64,000 nt of DNA. It comes from Euryarchaeota archaeon UBA558 (GTDB taxonomy: Archaea; Thermoplasmatota; Poseidoniia; Poseidoniales; Thalassarchaeaceae). The stretch lies in NCBI GenBank assembly GCA_002507175.1, contig DAZE01000012.1, positions 91,353 to 155,352 of the forward strand, written 5' to 3'. A program made the translations under genes and the position numbers. The notes beneath the pieces are model-generated. The model searched no databases. It saw only the letters and a list, made by a program, of their open reading frames with translations, and had not been told where the DNA came from. Below, in pieces: positions 37,687-46,307 of this stretch. Position 1 is the first letter of the stretch. Each line of letters opens with the position of its first letter.

Positions 37687-39317
37687 TGTCAGGGTCAGAG
37701 ATCAATGACTCGGAGGGCAGGCGATTGTCCACCACGGTATGGACTGCGCTCGATCGAAAGGCAGGGGCGGTGATTGAGTTGACGATCAAACAACTGCGGA
37801 ACAAGACATCAACATGGACGGTGTTCGGCGTTTCAACCCTGCTCCTGATCCTCCTATCCGCATTCTACGTGGATTCTGTGCGTGATGGATTCGAATCCAT
37901 AGACAACGACGGAGATTCGGTTGACTATGACGGGGACGGATATCCTCTGGGGCAGGAGAGAAAGTACGGTTCGAGTGACTTCAACCCAGACGAATACCCT
38001 GGCTCTGGGCTGTTCATCCCAGAGGGTGAAATTTACTACAACGGGCCCAGATCCCATACGGGAAATCACTCCTGGGATGCTGATGGCCCCTCACTGTTTT
38101 CGGGTTCCTGGGACAACATCTTGGATTATTACCCTGAGGCGGATGAGCCTTGCCCGGAAATTATCGGTGAGGATCTAGAGAACACGCCATACGGTTGGTC
38201 GCCATATTCTTGCGTCATGGCCAATGAGGACAGATATCTACAGTTCCTGAGGTTCGAGGGAAACGGTACCCTCACTGTCGCACAAGGGTGGTATGGAATC
38301 TATGGCGTCGTGACCGAGAGGTTCCAAGTCGCGCCCGATCCACCGGAGGCCTACATCGATGAAGATGGGATCGACTGGGACCCAGATAACCCGTCAAGTA
38401 GCCAAGGTTTTGACGATGACGGTGATTGCACAAGGTCCGAGTACCCCGAGCAAATCGCCGCTGATAACGACGACTCAAACAGGAACCGAATCCCATGCGA
38501 CGTACTTTGGACTAGGAATGCGGATGGATCGGTAATTCAGATTCAACCTGACATGTTAGTCGATGAGGACCCCGTTGATTCCGAGTTGATGGGGGAGTCT
38601 TCGCATAGGTCATTCATTATAATCACCGGGAAAATTGCATTTACCATGATAATCGGAATTTTCCTCCCTCTGTTCTTAGCATTGGGATTGATTAGAGATG
38701 AGAGTGAGAATGGCACCTTACATTACTTGCTATCGAAACCCATCCACAGAGGCGAGTTCATTGTATACAGGCTATCTGGTTACCTGATATTTTCAGGAGG
38801 ATTCGTCCTCCTCATGTCCCTCCTCATGGCCTTTGTGACTGTTTTCTTGGGGCCCGACGGCAATCGTTTGGCGGATTTCAACATATGGTTCGGGATCGGC
38901 GCGGTGACTGTCCTGTCGCTAGCCGCATACGGGTCTATCTTCAATGCAATGGGGCTCATGTCTCCAAAATACGGCGTTTACCTAGCACTCATTTACGGAG
39001 TCTATGAGTTTGCAATGGCGGTTATGACCCTCTTCGGGGCTGAACTAGTGCCTGTGATATCGGTGTCACACTGGTCCCTGCAGATGATCGATGCCGTGGT
39101 GCTAGTTGCATGGCCAGACACCATCATGCTCTCTCAAATGTCAACAGCGTTCAACATCGACTCCGGCTTGAGCTTCTTCTGGAGGCCTCCCTTGCACACG
39201 TTCGGCACTGGATCTCCGGCACTTGCTATCGGACTCAGCATCACAGTTCTAATGGCCTTCATTTCGTTGCCCATACTTGTCGGTCAGTCCATATTCAAAA
39301 GGAGGGAGATAGATTGA
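37686..39317 (+). CDS. ABC-2 type permease 2 with an Asp-rich extracytoplasmic domain of about 245 aa between TM1 and TM2
   Basis: TM1 is WTVFGVSTLLLILLSAFYV. An ectodomain follows with DNDGDSVDYDGDGYP, IDEDGIDWDPDNP and FDDDGDC motifs, which are calcium-binding and thrombospondin-type-3-like. Five or six TM helices follow. The ATG shares one nt with the upstream stop (TAATG). Confidence 0.6.
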   Translation: MSGSEINDSEGRRLSTTVWTALDRKAGAVIELTIKQLRNKTSTWTVFGVSTLLLILLSAFYVDSVRDGFESIDNDGDSVDYDGDGYPLGQERKYGSSDFNPDEYPGSGLFIPEGEIYYNGPRSHTGNHSWDADGPSLFSGSWDNILDYYPEADEPCPEIIGEDLENTPYGWSPYSCVMANEDRYLQFLRFEGNGTLTVAQGWYGIYGVVTERFQVAPDPPEAYIDEDGIDWDPDNPSSSQGFDDDGDCTRSEYPEQIAADNDDSNRNRIPCDVLWTRNADGSVIQIQPDMLVDEDPVDSELMGESSHRSFIIITGKIAFTMIIGIFLPLFLALGLIRDESENGTLHYLLSKPIHRGEFIVYRLSGYLIFSGGFVLLMSLLMAFVTVFLGPDGNRLADFNIWFGIGAVTVLSLAAYGSIFNAMGLMSPKYGVYLALIYGVYEFAMAVMTLFGAELVPVISVSHWSLQMIDAVVLVAWPDTIMLSQMSTAFNIDSGLSFFWRPPLHTFGTGSPALAIGLSITVLMAFISLPILVGQSIFKRREID

Positions 39318-39325
39318 GCGTTGAT

Positions 39326-40507
39326 ATGGATAAGTTCGAGGGAGACCTCTCAACCCTTTGGAGGTTCGACGTCCTCCCTCCGATCAAGAGACTCTCTTGG
39401 TGGTGGTGGTGGTTCATCCTCATTCTCCCCGATCCGAAAAATCCGAAGAGGTCCAGACAATTGATGGTTCTATGGTCCACGAAAGAGACACCATCGATTA
39501 GAGTAAATGACCACTGGTGGTCTCCAGGGGCTAGGATGGCGATTGATACCAATGCCGGCCACGTGTTGCCAGGTATGGTCTGCGCATGGTGGTATGATGG
39601 GGATCGTATGTTCGAGCCTGCTCGGATGACAGAGTGCAGAATTGCCGCCATGGATGACATGCACCCCGACTGGCCAAAAGATGGCATGGGCATCGGCGGA
39701 GGAGCGGTTATTCCGATACTCAAGGAGGACCTATCTTTTGGAATGGCCCCAGACCTGAGCAGGATGTGGCTTTCCTTCAAAACAGGATCAAAATCGGAAC
39801 CCGGGCTACCAAAGTCGTTTCAAGCAGAGATGACCCCTTGGTGGCATCGGCCGAGCACTGCCACGTATGCAAATAACGTGTATGCTCTGGGAATGGGCTA
39901 CGACATCCTGAGGATACACGGCATGAAGGCAAGCGTAAAAATCGATGAAGAAGAGGTCCAAGGGACTGCTTACTTCCAGAAAGTGACAGTTCAAGCCCCC
40001 AGTGTGCCATGGTTCTGGGGCTTCCTCCATTTCGACGATGGGACTTATCTTGATTGGTTCCTGCCACATGTGTCTATGTCAATGACAAAAAAGGATTCGA
40101 AACCATGGGCCAAAAGAGACTCATTCAGATGGCCAAAGAACGCAAGAGGGGTGATGCATGACAGGTCAAGAGACACAACTGAGAGGCTGGAATATGGAAG
40201 TGTGGAACTCTTGAGACCCAACGAGAAGGATCGCCTACTAGACTCAGACGGGCACCCACTACCCAGGTTCTTGATCAAGCTGCGCAATGAAACGACAAAC
40301 ATCGAGCTTCGGGTAAGGGCTACTTCAAGGGCACATTGGTCTTTCGACCAACCAACCAGGGCGGGATTCACCAGCCATCTAACCTACAATGAGTACCCGC
40401 TGGAGGTCGAGACTCTGAGGATCGTTGACCACAACGGGGAGAGGGGGCTAGATGACTATGGCTGGATCAGGGGTAATGCCGAACATGCTTGGGGAATACT
40501 AAATTGA
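39326..40507 (+). CDS. Hypothetical protein, possibly of the AttH/CrtC/tocopherol-cyclase-like (EWWY lipocalin-fold) superfamily
   Basis: The ORF opens at 39110 inside the permease gene, so I prefer the ATG at 39326 (MDKFEGDL). The segment SWWWWWFILILPDP...QLMVLWS resembles the EWWY strand of that superfamily, and GTAYFQKV...PWFWGFLHFDDG resembles its second motif. The functional call is low confidence. Confidence 0.45.
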   Translation: MDKFEGDLSTLWRFDVLPPIKRLSWWWWWFILILPDPKNPKRSRQLMVLWSTKETPSIRVNDHWWSPGARMAIDTNAGHVLPGMVCAWWYDGDRMFEPARMTECRIAAMDDMHPDWPKDGMGIGGGAVIPILKEDLSFGMAPDLSRMWLSFKTGSKSEPGLPKSFQAEMTPWWHRPSTATYANNVYALGMGYDILRIHGMKASVKIDEEEVQGTAYFQKVTVQAPSVPWFWGFLHFDDGTYLDWFLPHVSMSMTKKDSKPWAKRDSFRWPKNARGVMHDRSRDTTERLEYGSVELLRPNEKDRLLDSDGHPLPRFLIKLRNETTNIELRVRATSRAHWSFDQPTRAGFTSHLTYNEYPLEVETLRIVDHNGERGLDDYGWIRGNAEHAWGILN

Positions 40508-40528
40508 AATGAACCCTTGTGGTATATC

Positions 40529-41464
40529 ATGGCTGGGTCTGACACCAACCTAATCAAGCCCATCAGACAAAAAATACCAACAATGACAGAAAGCGAAGAA
40601 ATCCTCTGGATTGGAAGCCCAACGTCCCGCAGTATGTTCGGGAGGTACATGCTCGGAGGGGCGATACTTGCAACGTACCTCATCTTCTGGTGGGCGAACG
40701 TGGTCGACAGGCCAACGGGCGAGGGCCAGTTAGCCTTCTTGGTAAAATCAACACATCTTTTCGCGGATCTAACCGGCGTCGCCGGACTGTTCGCAACCTT
40801 GCTGATAGTTGCGAAATTCATTCACTTTCAAAATGGCCCTATGTCGGGAAAATGGACCTTGATGTGGACGGTGATTTCAGCATCGGCTCCGATTTTCTGG
40901 GCAGGAGTTGAAACTGGCTTCGACGTTGCTGGAATCATAAAATCAGAGGCTTCAACTACACCAGCATTCAGCGAGGGGCATTATTTGCTGTTGGGGGCTT
41001 TTTTCTCTTTCACGATGATTTCCATGTCTGCGATTTACCAAAGATCATTCACCTATGCAATTACGAATAAGAGAATTCACTTGATAAAGAAATTCATGTA
41101 TGTAGATGCTTCAAGTCAAAGCATTGGATACGACAGGATAGAGAATCTTATCGTGGATACAACTGTATTCGGAAGACTGCTCAGGTTTGGAACCATTCAA
41201 ATTTTGACGGCATCTGGCTTGAATGTAGGCTCAGAGACTACCTCGGCCTCGGCCGGCATAGCAGGCGACCCATCAATTTCCGACTCCGGAGATAAAAGTA
41301 AGAAGCTACTCTCAAGGATAGGGCTGATCATTTCTTTCAGAAGAAGCAGGCCTAAGGCAATAAACACTCCAGAATCTTGTATCTACGGAATCCATTCTCC
41401 TGAAAGCATACATCAACTAATCAACCAAGCATCTGATCAGTTTAAACAGAATAGCGGGGACTGA
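40529..41464 (+). CDS. Membrane protein with a bacterial-type PH (YdbT/DUF304-like) domain
   Basis: The ORF has several TM helices, then FTYAITNKRIHLIKKF...IENLIVDTTVFGRLLRFGTIQI, which is typical of bPH_2 domains. A TTG at 40517 is possible, but I prefer the ATG at 40529. Confidence 0.55.
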   Translation: MAGSDTNLIKPIRQKIPTMTESEEILWIGSPTSRSMFGRYMLGGAILATYLIFWWANVVDRPTGEGQLAFLVKSTHLFADLTGVAGLFATLLIVAKFIHFQNGPMSGKWTLMWTVISASAPIFWAGVETGFDVAGIIKSEASTTPAFSEGHYLLLGAFFSFTMISMSAIYQRSFTYAITNKRIHLIKKFMYVDASSQSIGYDRIENLIVDTTVFGRLLRFGTIQILTASGLNVGSETTSASAGIAGDPSISDSGDKSKKLLSRIGLIISFRRSRPKAINTPESCIYGIHSPESIHQLINQASDQFKQNSGD

Positions 41465-41533
41465 CCTCGATCGGGAACAAACATATCGTTGATAACCAGA
41501 CTGCACCCACGACCTGATAGGAGTGAGACGACA

Positions 41534-42076
41534 ATGGCAGAAGATATCGTGACGGCAGCGGCCCAGCAAATAACCCAAGGTGATTACATGGGGGCAATGG
41601 TCATCTTCGAAGAGCACATCACTAGCTCCCCTGACGACCCATCAGGGTATCATGGGTGGGCAGAGGCAGCTCTCTTCGAGATACAAGAAAATGGAAACCT
41701 CGATGATAAGGGGAACGACAGAATAAATGAGGGGCAGGTTCAGTCTTACTTGCGCAGGGCTTGTTCACTCGCTCCAGATAATGCGGACTACAGGGCTGCC
41801 TACGCAAATGCTTTGATTGAGTTCGACAGAATACCCATGGCAGTCCGGGAATTGAGGAAACTTGTGGACTTAGGCTCTAATTCCGAAGAGGTGGATATCT
41901 CATTTCACCTATACGAGGCGGCAAGATTACTAATAGAATCAATTGATGTAAAGACAAATTTCGATAGAAGCGCCCCAATAGCAAGACAGTTCATCAAGGA
42001 CGCAGTTGAGTTTTCCTTATTGGGCCTCGGTTTCCAGTCTGTCGATGAAGCGATGGAATACCTAATTGAGGATTGA
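41534..42076 (+). CDS. Hypothetical helical-repeat (TPR-like) protein
   Basis: The ORF opens at 41489, and I prefer the ATG at 41534 (MAEDIV..). Helical-repeat-like segments are present (GDYMGAMVIFEEHI, YRAAYANALIEFDR). Confidence 0.35.
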   Translation: MAEDIVTAAAQQITQGDYMGAMVIFEEHITSSPDDPSGYHGWAEAALFEIQENGNLDDKGNDRINEGQVQSYLRRACSLAPDNADYRAAYANALIEFDRIPMAVRELRKLVDLGSNSEEVDISFHLYEAARLLIESIDVKTNFDRSAPIARQFIKDAVEFSLLGLGFQSVDEAMEYLIED

Positions 42077-42972
42077 GTGTGTCAGACGGTCCTGTGGGCG
42101 GAAGTTTTCTGATTGCAGCTGGATACCATGGCTCTGAGTTCTGTGGCTCTCAGATACAACCCGAGGATGTCACAGTTCAGGGCGAGATCCAAGAGGCCGT
42201 ACAAGACCTAGGGTGGACCCATAGGGGGGCCGTCAGAGTCTCCTCAAGAACTGACTCAGGCGTCAGCGCAAGAATGAACCTGATAGATCTGCAGCTGGAT
42301 AGTGAGTTGATGCAGCAGTTGGATGCAAACATGGTATTGAGGGCACTCGGGGACAGGTCATCTTCCAATCTATGTCTATGGGGTGCTGTGAAGAGGCATA
42401 GCACGATTCCCGTTCGCGTAGCATCTTCAAGGACATACCTCTATCGGCTGGATATGATACCGGGGTGGAATCCAGGTGCAGACCCTGATAAGTTGGAACG
42501 CGCATGCGAATTATTCATCGGGAATCACGATTTCTCAGCTTTCTCAAGGCCCGACCAAGACAGAACGCCTATTCGTACGGTGGATGATTGTAGGTTATGG
42601 ATGAGACCGGACGGCTATGTGATCGGGCTTATCATATCTGCAGAGTCATTTCTGTGGAATCAAGTTAGGAAAATAGCTTCGTGTTTAATGCGAGTAAGTA
42701 ATGATGATGTCGGGCCAACGGAGATCCAACAAGCCCTGTCTTTCCCCGAAACTGCTCGGGACTTTGGAAGGGCCCCAGCAGATGCACTCGTTCTCTGGCA
42801 GATAGATCACCAAGACGCGCCAAAGTCTTGGTCATCTGAATTGCCGTCTACTGCAGTAATACCACTCTCTGGGAACACGGAGCCCAGGGTGTTCCAAAGA
42901 TGGAGAAACATGGCATTGGTGGAAATTAGGCTTATGTTAGAGTTTGATTGGACTAGTAGGATCATTCGATGA
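42073..42972 (+). CDS. truA: tRNA pseudouridine synthase A
   Basis: The catalytic motif SSRTDSGVSA is present. FIGNHDFSAFS is also present. The apparent TTG start overlaps the upstream stop. Confidence 0.8.
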   Translation: MSVSDGPVGGSFLIAAGYHGSEFCGSQIQPEDVTVQGEIQEAVQDLGWTHRGAVRVSSRTDSGVSARMNLIDLQLDSELMQQLDANMVLRALGDRSSSNLCLWGAVKRHSTIPVRVASSRTYLYRLDMIPGWNPGADPDKLERACELFIGNHDFSAFSRPDQDRTPIRTVDDCRLWMRPDGYVIGLIISAESFLWNQVRKIASCLMRVSNDDVGPTEIQQALSFPETARDFGRAPADALVLWQIDHQDAPKSWSSELPSTAVIPLSGNTEPRVFQRWRNMALVEIRLMLEFDWTSRIIR

Positions 42973-43396
42973 TTAAGCGAACTTCGTCCCCATCGTTCAC
43001 AGGCAACAATTCCCGTAGGAAAGAGGATGCGATAATCTCCGCAGTTTCGGTGTGCCTTGTAAGATCGGGAATGAGTATGGCACATTTACACCAATTTTCA
43101 CCTTTCTTGGAAATCATGGCCAAGAATGCGGTAGCGCCCCCGAAGGAACGCCCCTCCCTCTCGAAACCATGAACTCTGACAGGATGAGCGACCCCTGCTC
43201 CTTCCAGTTCTTCAAGTCCTGCAAGAAATCTCAATTGTCTATATCTTTCGAGGTTTTCTTCCGACAACTCGATGTTCAGCGTTCCCGGCCAAGCCGTGGC
43301 TCCGAGAATTTCTCTGAATTGATCTTGGTAATGGGTTTGGGCCATGAAGATCTGGGCGCGGCCAAGGCCGCTAGCCACTACGCCGGTCATTTCCAT
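42962..43396 (-). CDS. ribK: CTP-dependent riboflavin kinase (archaeal type)
   Basis: The sequence GVVASGLGRAQIFMAQTHYQDQFREILGATAWPGTLNIEL matches the archaeal RibK (MJ0056-like) core. Confidence 0.75.
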   Translation of the reverse strand: MEMTGVVASGLGRAQIFMAQTHYQDQFREILGATAWPGTLNIELSEENLERYRQLRFLAGLEELEGAGVAHPVRVHGFEREGRSFGGATAFLAMISKKGENWCKCAILIPDLTRHTETAEIIASSFLRELLPVNDGDEVRLIIE

Positions 43397-43464
43397 TAGT
43401 TTACCCCAGAAATATGTTGCAATTAATACCCCGTATTATCCCCAGTCAAACTTCCACAGGCGAT

Positions 43465-43815
43465 TCATTCTCCCTTTTCGATCAAGGTAGCTCCAGTTTC
43501 AGTCCTGAATATCAAGCCGTCTTTCTTGACGTGGACACCCATGACAGCCTCCCTAGATCCATCTGGGAAGTCCATCAATGAATGCTCAACGAGGACGTCA
43601 TCGTTTTCGTATATGCACCTTGAATCCAATATTACGACCTTATCATTGCTCATCATCATGTTCAGCATTTCTACCATTTGATCTCTCGACATTTCCGTTC
43701 CAGATTGGTGTCTGACGAATGTAAAATCAGGGTGTAGCACCTCAGCATATAATGCAGCATCCCTTTGATCCATTGCCCTTTCCATCTTTTCATACAGCGA
43801 CATAATTGGCTCCAA
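43465..43815 (-). CDS. SnoaL/NTF2-like fold small protein
   Basis: The ORF is 116 aa. The pattern D..AL.AEVLHPDFTFV and the size fit NTF2-like/DUF4440-type proteins. The assignment is weak. Confidence 0.4.
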   Translation of the reverse strand: MEPIMSLYEKMERAMDQRDAALYAEVLHPDFTFVRHQSGTEMSRDQMVEMLNMMMSNDKVVILDSRCIYENDDVLVEHSLMDFPDGSREAVMGVHVKKDGLIFRTETGATLIEKGE

Positions 43816-43889
43816 TGGGCGAGAGCACTTTTATGTTCTTGAAATCCTTTTGAAAACAGCCATTTACTTCCGACCTTCAGCTTAGTGAT

Positions 43890-45068
43890 ATGGCAACAGA
43901 CCTTTCGTGGATGAAAGATAGGCACAAACAATTGTTGGAGAGTGGTTTGGCTTGGGAGCCACCGATACTTGAGTCAGCAAACACACCTAGGTGCACGATC
44001 AACGGGGCTGAAATGATCATGTTATCTGCGAATAACTACCTCAACTTAACCACTCATCCGAAAGTTGTGGAGGCCTCTATCGAAGCAACTAGGAAATATG
44101 GGGCTGGATCTGGGTCGGTGAGGGCTATCGCAGGAACTCTGGACATACACCTTCAAGCAGAGAAGGCTGCTGCGGATTTCAAGGGAGTCGAAGCTGCGCT
44201 AATCTATTCTGCTGGCTACACCGCAAACGTAGGCCTGATCCCAACCCTTGTCCAAGGCTCTCAAGATCTGATTATTTCAGATGAACTTAATCACGGCTCG
44301 ATAATTGATGGTGTTAGGCTAACGAAGGCTCAGAGAGCAGTATACCCACATAATGACATGAGCGGGTTGGAAAATGCGTTGAAAAACTCTGGTGATGCCG
44401 AAAGGAAGCTAATCATCACAGATGGAGTTTTCAGCATGGATGGAGACATAGCACCTCTTGACGAGATTGTGGAACTAGCCGAGGACCATGATGCCATGGT
44501 GATGGTTGATGACTGCCATGGCGAAGGAGTTCTAGGCGGAGGAAAAGGCATCGTTGCGCATTTTAATCTGCAGGGAAGGGTGACCGTCGAGGGCGGCTCA
44601 TATTCGAAGGCGCTTGGCGTCCAAGGGGGCATAATCGCGGGATCAGAGGATCTCAGGAACCATGCATTGAATCACAGTAGATCATGGTTGCTTTCAGGCA
44701 GCCAACCACCGGGTGTTGCGGCAGCACAAAAGGCATCCATAGAAGTTCTTCGGGACGAGCCACATCACGTTCAGAAATTATGGGACAACACAGAATACTT
44801 CCGCAAAGAGCTCAATTCTCTAGGATTCGACACCGGAGTTTCAACCACGCCAATTATACCCGTTATGTGTGGAGAAAGCAAATTAGCCCAGGAGCTTGCG
44901 GGTGAGCTTAGAAAGAGGGGAGTAATGGTAGGGGCGATTGTTTTCCCAATGGTCGCACGAGACAAGGCGAGAGTCCGAACTCAGATTTCATCAGGACTCT
45001 CCAAGTCTGACCTTGATGAGGTGCTGATCCACTTCGCAGAAGTTGGAAGGCGATTGGGACTAATTTGA
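43890..45068 (+). CDS. kbl: 2-amino-3-ketobutyrate CoA ligase (glycine C-acetyltransferase) / 8-amino-7-oxononanoate synthase family
   Basis: The ORF has the PLP alpha-oxoamine synthase pattern: GSGSVRAIAGT, SAGYTANVG, SDELNHGSIIDGVRL, FSMDGDIAPL, DDCHGEG, and the PLP-lysine context SYSKALG. Confidence 0.75.
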   Translation: MATDLSWMKDRHKQLLESGLAWEPPILESANTPRCTINGAEMIMLSANNYLNLTTHPKVVEASIEATRKYGAGSGSVRAIAGTLDIHLQAEKAAADFKGVEAALIYSAGYTANVGLIPTLVQGSQDLIISDELNHGSIIDGVRLTKAQRAVYPHNDMSGLENALKNSGDAERKLIITDGVFSMDGDIAPLDEIVELAEDHDAMVMVDDCHGEGVLGGGKGIVAHFNLQGRVTVEGGSYSKALGVQGGIIAGSEDLRNHALNHSRSWLLSGSQPPGVAAAQKASIEVLRDEPHHVQKLWDNTEYFRKELNSLGFDTGVSTTPIIPVMCGESKLAQELAGELRKRGVMVGAIVFPMVARDKARVRTQISSGLSKSDLDEVLIHFAEVGRRLGLI

Positions 45069-45131
45069 AACTCAGTAACAAGGGCCTATTGTCCGGAGAG
45101 ATTATGTCATGGAATAATTTAGGGCCCGATT

Positions 45132-46307
45132 ATGGGAGATGACGACACCCCGATTTTCAAGATTCGAGAGTCCAACCTCGACTCAGGCCTGAGAGGGATT
45201 CCAGTGGGCACTTGCCAGACATCTTTCGTCGACCCGATTGAGGGAGTCCACTATGTGGGCTACCCTGTGGAGGATCTCGTAAATATGGAAGAGGAGGACG
45301 TAATCTACCTGCTCTTCAATAAACGCCTACCTACGGAAGAAGAAAGCAATGACTTCCGGGCAGAACTTGCCCACAGGGCGGAAGAGATGCCCACGGGGGC
45401 CCTGAGAGTCCTGGAATCCCTGACTCCCGGAACAGGCCATCCGATGGACTGGCTTTCAACAGGCATACTCGCGCTCGGTATTTCGGATACGACAGGAGAT
45501 TTGAGAACGGATTCAATGAACTTGGTTGCTAGAATGCCGGAACTCATGGCAAGGATTTTCCATTTGAGGGGCGGTAAAAAACTCCAGACTCGAGACTCAA
45601 GGCCGCAACTTGGCCTCGTCGAGAATTTTACCCATATACTCGGAATCGATGGCGACGAGGCAGAACGGATGAATAGGGTATTGAGGTTCTTCTTCATCCT
45701 ACACATGGATCATGGTGGCGGGAACCTCTCAACATTTTCAGGGAAAGCGGTAGCCTCAGGAAGGGCCTCGATATACGCGGCGATTTCATCAGCCATGTCA
45801 GCATTGTCTGGCCCCCTACATGGAAGAGCAAATCAATCATGTCTTGAATTCGTTAAGAGAATAGGAACGGATGACCCTGATGAGATTGAAAACTTCGTCA
45901 GAAGAGAACTCTCTTCCAAGAGGCCAATCTATGGGTTTGGGCATGGAGTATTGAGAGCAGAGGACCCAAGGGCCCGACTTTTGATTGAACTTGGCGAGGA
46001 GGTTTGCCCGGAGGACCCTGATTTCAGGACCGTCAAGACACTAAGGGAGGTAGTTCCACCGATTTTATCCGAGATCCCGAAGATCTCCAATCCATTCCCT
46101 AATGTCGATATAGCGAGCGGTGCCCTGTTGCAATCTGTGGGATTCAGGAAACCGGATTACTACACCACTTTCTTCGGATGGTCAAGAGTCGCGGGTATCA
46201 CGGCACAGATCCTAGACGAGAGAGCGGCAAGAGGCGGGAGAGGGACTCCTATTTACCGGCCGAAGTACCTCGCGAAAAACCAACCAATCCGTAGACTCGA
46301 GTCATAG
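45132..46307 (+). CDS. gltA: Citrate synthase
   Basis: The motifs LHMDHGGGNLSTF, GPLHGRAN and YGFGHGVLRAEDPRA are present. Confidence 0.9.
   Translation: MGDDDTPIFKIRESNLDSGLRGIPVGTCQTSFVDPIEGVHYVGYPVEDLVNMEEEDVIYLLFNKRLPTEEESNDFRAELAHRAEEMPTGALRVLESLTPGTGHPMDWLSTGILALGISDTTGDLRTDSMNLVARMPELMARIFHLRGGKKLQTRDSRPQLGLVENFTHILGIDGDEAERMNRVLRFFFILHMDHGGGNLSTFSGKAVASGRASIYAAISSAMSALSGPLHGRANQSCLEFVKRIGTDDPDEIENFVRRELSSKRPIYGFGHGVLRAEDPRARLLIELGEEVCPEDPDFRTVKTLREVVPPILSEIPKISNPFPNVDIASGALLQSVGFRKPDYYTTFFGWSRVAGITAQILDERAARGGRGTPIYRPKYLAKNQPIRRLES

Noticed and set aside
37887-37898. ggattcgaatcc, a 12-bp perfect palindrome resembling a tRNA T-arm (GGTTCGAATCC)
   Set aside because: It lies inside the ABC permease coding sequence, and no acceptor, D or anticodon arms can be drawn around it. 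I also checked the other gaps of 70 nt or more by eye for T-arm-like GTTCRA motifs and found no tRNA-like cloverleaf.
39110-39325. N-terminal 72 aa of the 465-aa ORF, overlapping the end of ABC permease 2
   Set aside because: The overlap region reads like frame-shifted membrane-protein sequence. An ATG at 39326, right after the permease stop, gives a sensible start. The extension is an ORF-calling artefact.
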